Assembly (NCBI RefSeq): GCF_963921235.1 | Contig: NC_086108.1 | Location: 34,474,001 to 34,538,000, forward strand | Length of the DNA: 64,000 nt | Origin: Mobula hypostoma | Lineage: Eukaryota | Reading direction: 5' to 3' | In this document: positions 39,831 through 52,180 of the stretch, in pieces | How the letters are laid out: every line of letters begins with the position of its first letter | How positions within the stretch are numbered: the stretch's first letter is position 1 | Notes under the pieces: model-generated | Seen by the model: only the letters and a program-made list of their open reading frames with translations | What the model was told of the DNA's origin: nothing | Databases searched by the model: none | Made by a program: the position numbers and the translations under genes

Positions 39831-41264
39831 GCCTCCCTTACCCAATATTATGACGTTTTTATATGCTGAAGACCAAAGGTAACAGCAGGACAATTCTGTA
39901 GTTACAATTTATCTACAATGCTTCCTTTGAATTACTTGTAATTTTCAAACACCTCCATCTTCAGAACAACACTCGGACACCCAAAATGAATGTTAATCCA
40001 CGCTGACTCTGCATTCATGAGCATGTGCAGACACCGCAGGTGAATGGATGTTTCCTGGTTTGCAGTCAATGCCAGTCTGCAGCTCCAGGGAGACTATTAT
40101 TTTGGGCTGCATTTAAACTCACTCTACAATCTACATTCAGGTCTGAAGGCTGGATGCTGTTGAAACGAATATTTGTGATATACCATAACTCCAGCCTTAA
40201 CACCTTCATCACCCTGAATTGCCCTTGAGAAGATGCCAGTGCAGTACATCTAGTAAAGTTACTCACCACATACAAGCATGATTTTGATCTAATGGAGTGT
40301 CTTGCTAGGGTATTTGTGAGGTGGGGGTCAGAGTCAGTAAATTACTTTGGTATTTCCTAGCCATTACAGTGAGGTTCAGACCCTGGTGGCTGTGCATTTA
40401 TCTCATAACCCATTCATTCTGCCACTCTACCCTCTGTTGTACCAGGGCTATCTTGGCAACTTCCTGAGATTTCCTATCTTGAGGTTCATACAGTTGTGGA
40501 TTGCCATTTACCAATACACAGCTGATTACAAGGGTTGTAAATAATGTAAGTTTCGTATCACAAATGATAGATTACAGAGCAAGGTTTGTTTTTAAATAGA
40601 TTGGAACACTCCTTAATGTTCAGATAATGATGCTAAATAAGCCTGCAGATATCTTATTAAATAATTCAAGTATTTTCATAGTCTAGACAACAACCTGCTC
40701 TATTTAACAGGGCACCCCACACATCTCAAATTGATGCCAATATAATTTTAACAGGGTGACTCATTGGCCAAAGTTCTACAAGTTCTTCGTTGTGCTCTCA
40801 TGGGCAATAAAGGGGCATCAAGCCTGTGGAATTTTCTTTTGACCCTTTTAGGCTGAAAGGTTATTACAAACAAAGCCATGCCAGCCATTCACATTATCCA
40901 GCGATCTGCTGTGGTATTCAGCTGCATTTGGATCCCTGTATAAATACTGTAATGCCACCGAATCTGGATTTGTTCCAGATTTAAAGCAAAGTTAAGTTAA
41001 ACTGCACTATGTAAACATGTCTCATTTGATTTAAAGCAGCAACACCCAAACTATTGTGATGGGTTAAAGCTGCTCCCAAGGTAAACCAGCCTGAATTCAA
41101 TTTGGGTGTTTTGGAGCTGATCCTGTCCACTTTCTGCTCTCTGTCGGTTCTCTTTGATGTTCAAGTGCACACTTGAAGAGGCCATTTTAAATGTTCCACG
41201 ATATATAGCAATCTAGATTGAAAATTTTTTTTTAAAATGTTAATTAATTTGCAATGAAATCCCT

Positions 41265-41645
41265 CTCCCTGCCATCTTTTTAATCTGGTGTCTAACCCCC
41301 TTCATTTCCAGTCGTAAAGAAGGGTCCAGCCTGAAATGTTAACTGTTTATTCATTTCTATAGATGCTGTCTGACCTGCTGAGCTCCTCCAGCATTCTGTG
41401 TATGTTGCTCTGGGTTCGAGCACCTGCAGAATCTCTTGTATTATATTTGCAACTTGCTTTGGCATAGTTTCCAACTTCAAACAGGCTGGAAAACCAAAAG
41501 TATCATTCCCAGAAATCTTGTTCTAAACACAAGACCCTTCTTCAGAACTCGAAAGGAAGGAGGAAGACGCCAGAATAAAAGATGGGAGAAGAGGAAGGAG
41601 AACTAGAAGGTGATAGGTGAGTAAGAAAGGTAAAGGGCTGGAGAG
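41265..41645. mobile_element. Penelope-like tails (plus 41265-41440; minus 41530-41645)
   Basis: Same tail motifs as 61505-61800. Confidence 0.65.
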
Positions 41646-42114
41646 TATTTTATAGTATTTACACGGTTTGTTGTCTGGCCTGTTGGTATGGTATTCCATT
41701 GCTTCTATTATGGTTATTGGATTGATTGAGTATGCTCAGAAGAAAATGAATCTCAGGGTTGTACAGTATATGGTGATGTACAGTATATATATACTTTGAT
41801 AATAAACTTACTTTGAACTTTGAATGAAGAGTAATGAAGGGCAAACACATGAACTTTTGGGCTACCAGGCAAATGATGTATCGAGCAAAGGAAATGTTGC
41901 TAGGACAGTCGACTGCTGCTTTGCAGTTCCGTAGACATGGGTTCAATTCGGAGCTTGAGTGCAGACTGTGAGGAATTTGTGTGTTCTTGCTGTAATTGTG
42001 TGGAATTTCCCCTGGATGCCTGCTGTCCCTTCACGTCCTAAGGACATGTCGTTTGATGAGGTACAGTAAGTAATTGACCACTGTATAATGCGTGGTCATG
42101 CACTCCAGTGGAAG

Positions 42115-44780
42115 GAATAAAAGCATGGACTATTTTCTAAATGGGGAGTGAATTCAGAAACCAAAAGTGCAAAGGGAATTTAGTGCAGGATTCCCGAAAT
42201 GTTAACTTGCAGGTTGAGTCAGAAATAAGGAAGGCAAATACAATATTAGCATTAATTTCAAGAGGACTAGAATATAAAAGTAAGGATCTAAAGCTGAGAC
42301 TTTAAAGGTATTAGCTAGACTACAATTGGAATATTGTGAACAGTTATGTGCCCCTAGGAAAGAATATGCTTGCATTGCAGAGTGTTCAGTGAAGGTTTAC
42401 ACAAATGATCCTGGCAATGAAGGGATTAAGGTATGAGCAGCTTTTGTTGGTTCTTGCCCTGTACACCCTGGAGTTTAGTAGATTGGGTGGGGGGGGGGTG
42501 GGAGGTGGTGAGGGAAGCATGATTGAAACCTGCCAAATATTGAAAGGTCTAGATAGAGTGGATGTAGAGAGAATGTTTCCAATAGTTGGAGAGTCTAGGA
42601 CGGGGAGAAAAGATGAGATAGGAAGGCAAGCTAGCCAAGAATATAAAGGACGATAGTAAAAGCTTCTTTAGGTATGTGAAGAGGAAAAAATTAGTTACGA
42701 CCAAAGTTGGGCCCTTGAAGACAGAAACGGGTGAATTTATTATAGGGAACAAGGAAATGGCAGACGAGTTGAACAGGTACTTTGGATCTGTCTTCACTAG
42801 GGAAGACACAAACAGTCTCCCAGACGTAATAGCGGCCGGAGGACCTGGGGTAACGGAGGAACTGAAGGAGATTCACATTAGGCAGAAAATGGTGTTGGAT
42901 AGACTGATGGGACTGAAGGCTGATACATCCCCAGGGCCTGATGGTCTGCACCCTAGAGTACTTAAGGAGGTGGCTCTCGAAATCATGGACACATTGGTAA
43001 TTATTTTCCAATGTTCTATAGATTCAGGATCATTTCCTGAGGACTGGAGGGTAGCTAATGTTATCCCACTTTTTAAGAAAGGAGGGAGAAAGAAAACAGG
43101 GAACTATAGACCAGTTAGCCTGACATCAGCGGTGGGGAAGATGCTGGAGTCAATTATAAAGGATAAAATAGCGGCATATTTGAATCGCAGTAACTGGATT
43201 GGTCCGAGTCAGCATGGATTTACGAAGGGGAAATCATGCTTGACTAATCTTCTGGAATTTTTTGAGGATATAACTATGAAAATGGACAAGGGAGATCCGG
43301 TGGATGTAGTGTACTTGGACTATCAGAAAGCCTTTGATAAGGTCCCACATAGGAGATTAGTGGGCAAAATTAGAGCACATGCTATTGGGGGTAGGGTACT
43401 GACATGGATTGAAAATTGGTTGGCAGACAGGAAACAAAGAGTAGGGATTAACGGGTCCCTTTCAGAATGGCAGGCGGTGACTAGTGGGGTACCGCAAGGC
43501 TCGGTGCTGGGACCGCAGCTGTTTACAATATACATTAATGATTTAGATGAAGGGATTAAAAAATTAGCAAATTTGCAGATGAGACGAAGCTGGGTGGCAG
43601 TGTGAAATGTGCGGAGGATGTTGAGAGAATGCAGGGTGACTTGGACAGGTTGGGTGAGTGGGCAGATGCATGGCCGATGCAGTTTAATGTGGATAAATGT
43701 GAGGTTATCCGCTTTGGTGGCAAGAACAGGAAGGCAGATAACTATTTGAATGGTGTCAAGTTAATAAAAGGGGAAGTACAACGAGATCTTGGTGTCCTTG
43801 TTCATCAGTCACTGAAAGTAAGCATGCAGGTATAGCAGGCAGTGAAGAAAGCTAATGGCATGTTGGCCTTCATAACAAGGGGAGTTGAGTATAGGAGCAA
43901 GGAGGTCCTCCTGCAGTTGTACAGGGCCCTGGTGAGACCACACCTGGAGTATTGTGTACAGTTTTGGTCTCCAAATTTGAGGAAGGACACTCTTGCTATT
44001 CAGTGAGTGCAGTGGAGGTTCATAAGGTTAATTCCCGGGATGGTGGGACTGTCATATATTGAAAGATTGGAGCGACTGGGCTTGTATACACTGGAATTTA
44101 GAAGGATGAGAGGGGTTCTGATTGAGACATATAGGATTATTAAGGGATTGGACACGCTAGAGGCAGGAAATATGTTCCCGATGTTGGGGGAGTCCAGAAC
44201 CAGAGGCTACAATAATAAGGGGTAGGCCATTTAGAATGGAGTTGAGGAAAAACTTTTTCACACAGAGGGTTGTGGATCTGTGGAATGCTCTGCCTCAGAA
44301 GGCAGTGGAGGCCAATTCTCTGGATGCTTTCAAGAAAGAGTTAGATAGAGCTCTTAATGATAGTGGAGTCAAGGGATATGGGGAGAAGGCAGGAACGGGG
44401 TACTGTTTGTGGATGATCACAGTGAATGGCGGTGTTGGCTCGAAGGGCCGAATGGCCTACTCCTGCACCTATTGTCTATTGACCAGAGTGCATCGACTCA
44501 AAATAGAAGGACATCCCTTAAGTTCAGAGGTAAGGAGGAATTTTTTTAGCCAAAGGGTGGAAAATATATTGCCACAGATGGCTGTGGAGGATAAATCATT
44601 GGGTATATTTAAAGCTGAGTTTCATAGAGTCTTGATTATTAAGAGTGTCAAAGGGTTAAGGAGATAAGGCAGGAGAATGGGTTGAGAGGGAAAATAATCA
44701 GCCATGATAGAATGCCAGAGCAGACTCAATGGGCCAAATGTCTATAATTCTGCTCCTGTGTGTACGGTCTTGTGGTCAAA
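42115..44780 (+). mobile_element. Older CR1 copy (42115-42600 and 44482-44780) interrupted by a younger CR1
   Basis: ...gagagtctaggac resumes as accagagtgcatcgactcaaaatagaaggac after the younger copy's tail. Confidence 0.8.
42601..44481 (+). mobile_element. Young 5'-truncated CR1 LINE with RT domain (309-aa ORF 42676-43605)
   Basis: [71 protein letters not shown]. Frameshifted just before the FADD motif, later stops, and a ctattgtctattg tail. Confidence 0.95.
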
Positions 44781-44879
44781 GTTTTAGATAACTTCTAAGA
44801 TATGGGGTACTTGATGAGTATGGGAAGGGAATTTTAAATAAAGGATTAATATAAGACGAGTGTGCAGTGATTGATGGTC

Positions 44880-45305
44880 GTAATCAGAATCAGGTTTATT
44901 ATCATGAAATTTGTTGTTTAGTAGCAGCTGTGAAATGCAAAACACAATCATTTCTATAAGATACAAAAATAAGTAAACAAAGCAAAGGCAGAATAATGAG
45001 GTAGTGTTCATTGACTGTACAGAAATCTGACAGCAGAGGGGAAGCTGCTCTTAAAATGTTGATTGTGGGTCTTCAAGCTTCTGTACCCCTTCACTACTGA
45101 GAAGAGAGCTTGTCCTGGATTGTGAAGTTCCTTAGTGATGGATGCTTCCTTCTAGAAGCACTGTCTTTAGAAGATGTCTTCTGCCCATGTTGGAGCTGTC
45201 TGAGTCTACAACCTTCTGCAGCGTCTTTCGATCCTGTAATTGGAGCCTCTGTACCAAGCAGAAATGCAACCAGCCAGAATGCTCTCTGTCGCACATCTGT
45301 GGAAA
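44880..45305 (-). mobile_element. Rex1/Babar LINE 3' fragment
   Basis: aatcagaatcaggtttattatca tail and decayed reverse match to 51560-52180. Confidence 0.75.
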
Positions 45306-46164
45306 TCAATGTGGGCTTAGTGGCCTAGTTACTGTGCTGTATTGCTTTGTGATTCTCTGACCTTGAATTCTGATGTTTAAACAATTTAATAGTGGACTTG
45401 GTCACCTGTTGGTTATTGGGTCTTGTAACTGTAGCAAAAACTATTAGAAATGCTGCTGTCAAACTGCCTGTGCAATGTGAGCAGGTTACTTAATTTGAAG
45501 TAACATAACATAAGAAAGGGGAATGAGAAAGCGTGTTCCTTGTTACACTTGATACTCTTTCCCCATGAAGACAACACTCCTGATTTTGACTTTCCAAACC
45601 TCTGTCCTCCTCCTTCCTTGATCACAGGTGAATGGGATTGCTGTGGATGATGTTTAATGTCTATTCTGATCCCAGGACAATTAGCAAGAGGAGGACAATG
45701 GGCACTATGTTTGGTCTTGTTATAATTCTGCCCTGCCTTTGTTTCCTTTCCATGAACCAGTGGTGGCTTCTTCCTGTGGGGAATCGACCTGGAGTCCAAC
45801 GGTTAATCATTTTTGTTAGGTTCATCAGGAACATATGTTTTCTTGTCCCTTGTAATAGTTTGCCCAAAGGCTACACCTGATGTTGTCTACACTGAACATG
45901 CCTGCATAAGTATTGGTAAGAGAAAGTAACAGGCTTGCATTGAGAAGGTGCTTATGAGTGGCCTACTCCCTAAAAACTACACTACGAGAAATGGAAATCC
46001 CAGCCCCTTTGGAATAACATCTCAGAGAGAGAGAGCTTTTTAATGTCACTTTTGAATTCTGTCTGAAGCAACAGGTAGCTGATAGTTGACAGACAACTAG
46101 AGCAAGTCATTGCTACAGACTATCTGCTTTATGACATAAAATGTGCACAGCTTCTTTTGGATAT

Positions 46165-46428
46165 TTTTTATTGATATTCAGGGTGGAATAGGCCCTTCCA
46201 GCCCTTCGACCAAGGCCACCCAGAAACCCCCCTGTTTAATCGCAGCCTAATCATGGGACAATTTACAATGGCCAATTGAACTAACAACTGTGGGAGGAAA
46301 CAGGAGTACCGAGAGCAAACCCATGCAGTCATGGGGAGAACGTAACTCCTTGCAGTCAGTGGTGGGAGATGAACCCGGGTTGCTGGTACTGTAAAGCATT
46401 ATGCTAACCACTAGGCTACCGTGCCACC
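46165..46428 (-). mobile_element. HE1/V-SINE-like SINE
   Basis: gctaaccactaggctaccgtgcc head and gaacccgggtt B box on the reverse strand. Confidence 0.8.
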
Positions 46429-48069
46429 CTTTACCTAAGGGTAGTAAAAATGCTTCACTGTATCACAATGTGGACGCCTCATCAGCCCATGTTTTTGCTG
46501 AGTGATGACCACCTGGTAATTATATCCTCCAGGAGATGGTTAATAAAGTGGCCTCATTATTTTGATGGAAAATGAATTACGTCTGTCAATTCCAACCTCA
46601 GAAAAGTAGTGAGGGTTGATTTTTTTAAAATACCTGCTACTTCATCTCCTGTTCTTGTACTTGTTCGTTTGATTTAATCTCTGTTCTGGCTTGCATTTGT
46701 CATTTTGAAAAAGAGCACAAATACCATTCTTGTTGGTAATATTTCAGCTCGGTGATTGAGTGTTGCTTCCTCTGCAACTCATGTATGCAGCTGGTGTAAT
46801 ATTATGCAAAACTATTCATCCGTTATTTGTGTGTCAGCGCTGAAACACTGACACAGATTTGGAATTTACTTAATGTCAAAACAGTTCAGAACCAGAAACA
46901 TTGTCACTCCCAGTCAATGGAGAGTTGTGAATAAAAGACCCTTGCTAACTGTGGCCACTTTTGTAAAGAGGAATGTTCCAGTGAATTTTTCATACTAAGG
47001 GATCCCACAAAAAATAATAAGGCAGTGACCAAATAATCTGTTTAGTTTGAAAGTTAAATATTGGCTCCAGAGAGAGGACCCTAAACTGCTTTGAAAGTGG
47101 GCTATGCAGTTACCTGAGGAGGTGGCTGGGCCTTGGTTTGACCTCGTGTTTGCATATACTCACCCTATCACATCAAGGGATCATTTGGTAGCCTTTCTTG
47201 AAATTACAGTTCTGCTGCCTACCTTTTATTTAAGATTCTGTCTCTCATTAATGGGAGTCCAGTGCAGATGTTGGCAAGGCAAAGTGTTTTACATACTTGA
47301 ATTGGAATATGGTATTGAAAGTGGCAGGTTCTTTCTTGGGGAATGCAGGATTTTAGTTCAGATCATTCAGTTGGATAGTCACTGCCCAATTCTCTTTGGG
47401 ACACCAGTGAACCAGTGTAATCATCATTCTATGTGTGGATATGTTGCACTTCCAGCTCAGTAGCTGAATATGTGTGCTGCATACCATTTTCAGTATTGGT
47501 TGACTTAGTGGCATATTATTTCCATTCCAACATGACAGAACATATTTTAAAAGTACAGTTGTAGAAGTCTACATATTTGCCTTGTGCCTGTAATTTCATG
47601 TGTACTGTCTTCCATTAGCCACGAAGCAAAACAGACTGATGCAGCTTGATTGGATTTTATATTTTCTGATTGCACTTGGATTAATGTTAGACACACAGCA
47701 AATCCACCTCATGGCCAGATTATTGTCCTTTTGCTGGTAATTGGGGAAGTACTTCTCTGAGCTTTAAGAAAGAGTCTGATGAATTAATTTGCTCCCAGCT
47801 GGAAGGTTTGGTATTTATCTGGGTTGGCTGAGCAGATAAAACCCAGCAGAAGATGCTGTGAGAGATAACAGTACAGACTTGTTGGGCAAGGTGACCTCCT
47901 TCTGTACAGACATGGTCAATCAATTTATTCTAACCATTTAAAGACTGAACTATTATCAGTCACGAGAGTGTGTTTGATTATTATTGTGTTGTTCATTCTT
48001 TTATTTACCTTGCTATTTTCAATATACTTGCAACCGAAGTAAATAGGTAGCATGGAATTGTGTCCTGGG

Positions 48070-48149
48070 CAGGGGTTCCCAAACTTTTTAATGCCATGGA
48101 CCCTTACCGTTAACCGAAGGGTTGGTGGACCCCAGGTTGGCAACCCCTG
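48070..48149. mobile_element. Small hAT (Charlie-like) MITE
   Basis: TIRs caggggttcccaaac / ggttggcaacccctg; no clear TSD. Confidence 0.7.
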
Positions 48150-48534
48150 CTTTAATTGATCATCCATCCTCAATATTCTGTGGAATTCATGTTCATTTGG
48201 CTGAATATGGGACGGCCATGTCATACTATTTCCCAAAGCAGATTTTTGCACCAGTATGGAGCATTTGTGATGCAGGTTTTCCTGTATCTCTGGACTTCAG
48301 GTTGGTAGATAGTTTACACTAGTAACCAGTGATCCTCCACGCTACATTGATGCTGAAGGCAATTTAACTGTCCTTCTATCCTCTCACCCGAGGAGGAAGA
48401 AGAAGGGCCGAGGTGGGGAAAGTCAAAATTAAAGGATTTAGTCTTCAGGAGGAAGAGGGTAAACTGTAACAAGAAACGCATTTTCCCATTCCCGGTGCTC
48501 TATTTCTTCCCAATTAATTAACCTACTCGGATTG

Positions 48535-49385
48535 TAGTATTCAGTTCAATAGTTCCATTTATTATTAGAGAATGTATGCAATGTGCATACTGAAATTCTT
48601 GTTCCTTGAAGACATCCACGAAAGCAGAAGAGTGCCCCAAAGGATGAGTGACAGATAAAACATTAGCACCACAAAGCGCCTCCCCCACTCGCCTCTCCCA
48701 CGCACAAGCAACAACAAAGCAACCACCCTCACCTACTTCCACAAAAAAGCTTTAGCACTGTCCACCCATCAAGCAATCAACAGCAAGGCTTCCGATAAAG
48801 GCCATGATCTGCAGTACAACAAAAAGTAATCGTTCACCCAACAGTTTGGCATGCCACAGGCTCTCTCTGTCCCTAATAAAGGGAAAAAGAGTTCTCCCCT
48901 TTCACAGCGAGAGAGGAGACATACCAAAACAACTCATTGATTTACAGTATTAAAAGTCTGTCTTGCCACTTCCCCCCCCGCCCCCCCCCCCGAGTTCTCC
49001 AACCAGAGAATCAACAGCAAACTCTTCCGCACCACCAAGAGACAGAGTGCAATTCACCAAGTATGGGGCCCCCGACAGCTGATCTGTTTTGTCCCGCGAC
49101 GCTTCAGTCGGCATGACCAGCTTAGAATCAGCCCGACTACAGGGCCGGGAAACAACCTCGGAACGCCGAAGGTCCGCTGGTCTTCTGGCCACGTCCTTGG
49201 GATTTTTAAAAGCGGCCAGTCGTGAGCTCCTGGGAGCGGGTCCCACCAGCGCAAAGAACTGAAGTCTGAGTGTAACTCCAGATCAGGGTGTTCAACGGAA
49301 TCCCATCCAACCTGAAAGGGAAAATAGTAGAAATTAAGTTGTTTTCATAGATGGACTTGAAGGAGTCACTACTGAGAGCCATCAT
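48535..49385 (-). mobile_element. Non-autonomous retroposon with Rex1-like tail
   Basis: ttcagttcaatagttccatttattatt tail, GC/CpG-richer body, gccatc head on the reverse strand. Confidence 0.45.
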
Positions 49386-49729
49386 AACTCTACCTCACCT
49401 ACGAATGCAGCCTTCTGAGAGCAATTTTCCCCATATCCTTTGCTGCTGTTGCAATTCCCATTTCCAAGCGCACTGTTGAAATGTTCCAACATCAGGATTC
49501 AAGACTTCCTGAAGATCAGAGAATCACAAAGCTATACAGCACTGGCTACTTACATTCGCCCTACAGTAAGAGAGGATCTTTAGTAAGTAAAATGCAACAT
49601 TGTGGAATTTCCTTGTCTAAGCAACAAACTCTACCTTTCTTGGCAATTACACCCTGTTTTTATTTTTAGGTATGTTCAGTCAATATGATGGTTTCTAAGT
49701 ACAATTCTTGCATTTATATTGGTTACGTA

Positions 49730-50080
49730 TTGTGTCGTATGACGTGGGCGATCATGACCATGATTGTTCTTGGCAAATTTTTCTGCAGAAGTGGTTTGCC
49801 ATTGCTTTTTCTAGGCAGTGTTTTTACAAGATGGGTGACTCCAGCCATTATCAATACTCTTCAATATTGTCTGCCTGTCATCAGTGGTCGCAAAACCAGG
49901 ACTTGTCATATGCATCAGCTGCTCATACGACCATCCACCACCTGCTCCCATGGCTTCACTTGACCTTGATTGGTGGGGGAGGGGGGGCTAAGCAGGTGCT
50001 CCAAGGGCGACCTGTAAGTTAGCAGAGGGAACGAGCCCATTACACCTCCTTTGATAGAGACATATCTTCACCCTGCCACC
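49730..50080 (-). mobile_element. Probable SINE-like interspersed repeat
   Basis: gaagtggtttgccattgctttt resembles the reverse of 20461-20480 (ctggtaatctacttc); family not identified. Confidence 0.35.
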
Positions 50081-51081
50081 CAGAGTTTATATTACAAGAT
50101 TGATTATACTTCAGAAGTGGGCTCCAGAAGAGACAGATTTTGGATGGAATCAAGATTTTCTTTTAGACTGTTTTCTTTAAAGCTGTGTACTTTCATTATT
50201 TTAGTAATAAAGCCCACCCTGTCAATCAAATCTATTTTAACACCATTTACCAGCTCTAAATGATTAGAATAAACAGTTCTTTGGCGTGACTGCAGAATGG
50301 AGGATGTAGATTTTGTTTTGTAGATTAACAAGCTCTCTTCCTGCCTTTGTACACCATGAAAACTCAACAGTGTAATCAATTGCATAATGAAAAGTTTGCA
50401 GTAATTGAAACAACTTAGATCTACTTTTAAAACTATGCTTGCTATTTATTTATTAACTCTGAAAGCTATTCCAATTTGAATGCATTTGGACAGGAGACAT
50501 GCACCATTGTTATATAGTTTGTGGGTAATTAACAATTAGAAAGACAGATGTGCATTTATATTATGCTGTCAAATCCCTTTGGGGATCCTTCATTTTGATG
50601 TACAGCCAGTAAAGTTTGAAGTGTGTCCATGGTTGTAATGCAAGAACACAGTAATCAATTTGTGCAATTCAATTCCCAAAACGAATCTAATTATGCCATT
50701 GGTTTAGAAATGTTGATTTGAGGCATAAATGAAATCCTGTTAACTGTATATGACCCAGGTATGAGTCGTCAAAATTTTGGAGTGGGACCTGAGGCAGGAC
50801 CTTCTCACTTAGAGTTAAAACTGTTACCAACTGACCCATCACTGACACTTTTTAAGGATTGACTTGGCAAGATAGGATGTGTATGACAATGCACTGGTTC
50901 TGGATTTTATTCATTTACAGGATCTGTGCATTGTTGAGAAGGCCTGCACCTCTAATTCCCTTAAGCAGGTGGTCAATAAATGCAGGGCTCTCCCATCTTG
51001 AGCTGTGGCTCTCCTCCTAGTGAAGGTGTGTTGTTATTAATGATTCCCATGATTTAGACACAATAGGGGAAAAAGCAACTA

Positions 51082-51397
51082 TACGAAGGGCCTAAGTTCG
51101 TGGCCTAAGGTAGAAGGAGTCAATTTTAGAAAACCTAGCACATTTATTTTTCAACATACTCCCCTCCTACACTTACACACTTAGTCCAGGGGTTGTGGAG
51201 CATACGGATCTTGGACCTCCAGAAAGTGTCCACAGATGGGTGATGATAAGTTTGTGGTCTGAGGTAGAAGGAGATGAGTTATTAACTTCAAACTTTCTGC
51301 ATAATCACTCAGAGTTGAACTGCACATGCATGTAACGAGAGCTGTATAACTCATCTCCTTCTACCTTAGGCCACTAACTTATCAATCACTCCTCATA
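51082..51397. mobile_element. Mariner-derived MITE inserted at TA in an older repeat
   Basis: taagttcgtggcctaaggtagaagga / tccttctaccttaggccactaactta inverted pair, a second internal left-end copy near 51240, and TA at both ends. Confidence 0.8.
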
Positions 51398-51559
51398 TTT
51401 AAGTCAAGATCATTTGTGACTTAGAGGGGAACCTGCAGGTGGTGGTGTCTCTGTGCATCTGTTTCTCCTGGCCTTTCTGATGGAAGTTATTATTGCTTTG
51501 GAGGTTGCTCTCAGAGTAGTCAAGGTGGGTAACAGCAATGTATTTTGTTGTTCTTACTG

Positions 51560-52180
51560 ACAAGCCACTCCGTTACTTGACGTGGCTGAGAATTTGAAGC
51601 GATTTGGTATATCAACAAATACACTCAAAAACTTATATAGATGTACCGTGGAGAGCATTCTGACAGGCTGCATCACTGTCTGGTATGAGGGAGCTACTGC
51701 ACAGGACGGAAAGAAGCTGCAAAGGGTGGTAAATTTAGTCGGCTTTATCTTGGATTCTAGCTTACAAGGTACCCAGGACATCTTCAAGGAGCAGTGCCTC
51801 AGAAAAGCAGCGTCCATTATTAAGGACCCCCAGCACCCAGGGCATGTCCTTTTCTGATTGTTACCATCAGGTAGGAGGTACAGAAGCCTGAAGGCACACA
51901 CTCAGCGATTCAGAAACAGTTTCTTCCCCTCTGCCATCTGATTCCTAAATGGATATTAAACCCGTGAACACTTTTGTAATATACAATTATTTCTATTTTT
52001 TGCATGATTTTAATCTATTCAGTACATGTACACTGTAATTAATTTACTTATTTATTTATTATTATTATTTAGTTTTTCTTTTTCTCCTTCTATATTATGT
52101 ATTGCATTGAACCGCTGCTGCTAAGTTAACAAATTTCACAACACATGCCGGTGATAGTAAACCTGATTCTGATTCTGATT
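51560..52180 (+). mobile_element. Rex1/Babar LINE 3' end
   Basis: LKRFGISTNTLKNLYRCTVESILTGCITVWY...KAASIIKDPQHPGH...LPSGRRYRSL; ends (gattct)n. Confidence 0.92.

Noticed and set aside
40910..40980. miR-200-family-like hairpin (aaatactgtaatgccac)
   Set aside because: Only a seed-like match; the rest differs and stem pairing is poor.
42676..43605. 309-aa ORF as a host gene
   Set aside because: It is CR1 ORF2 reverse transcriptase, 5'-truncated and frameshifted.
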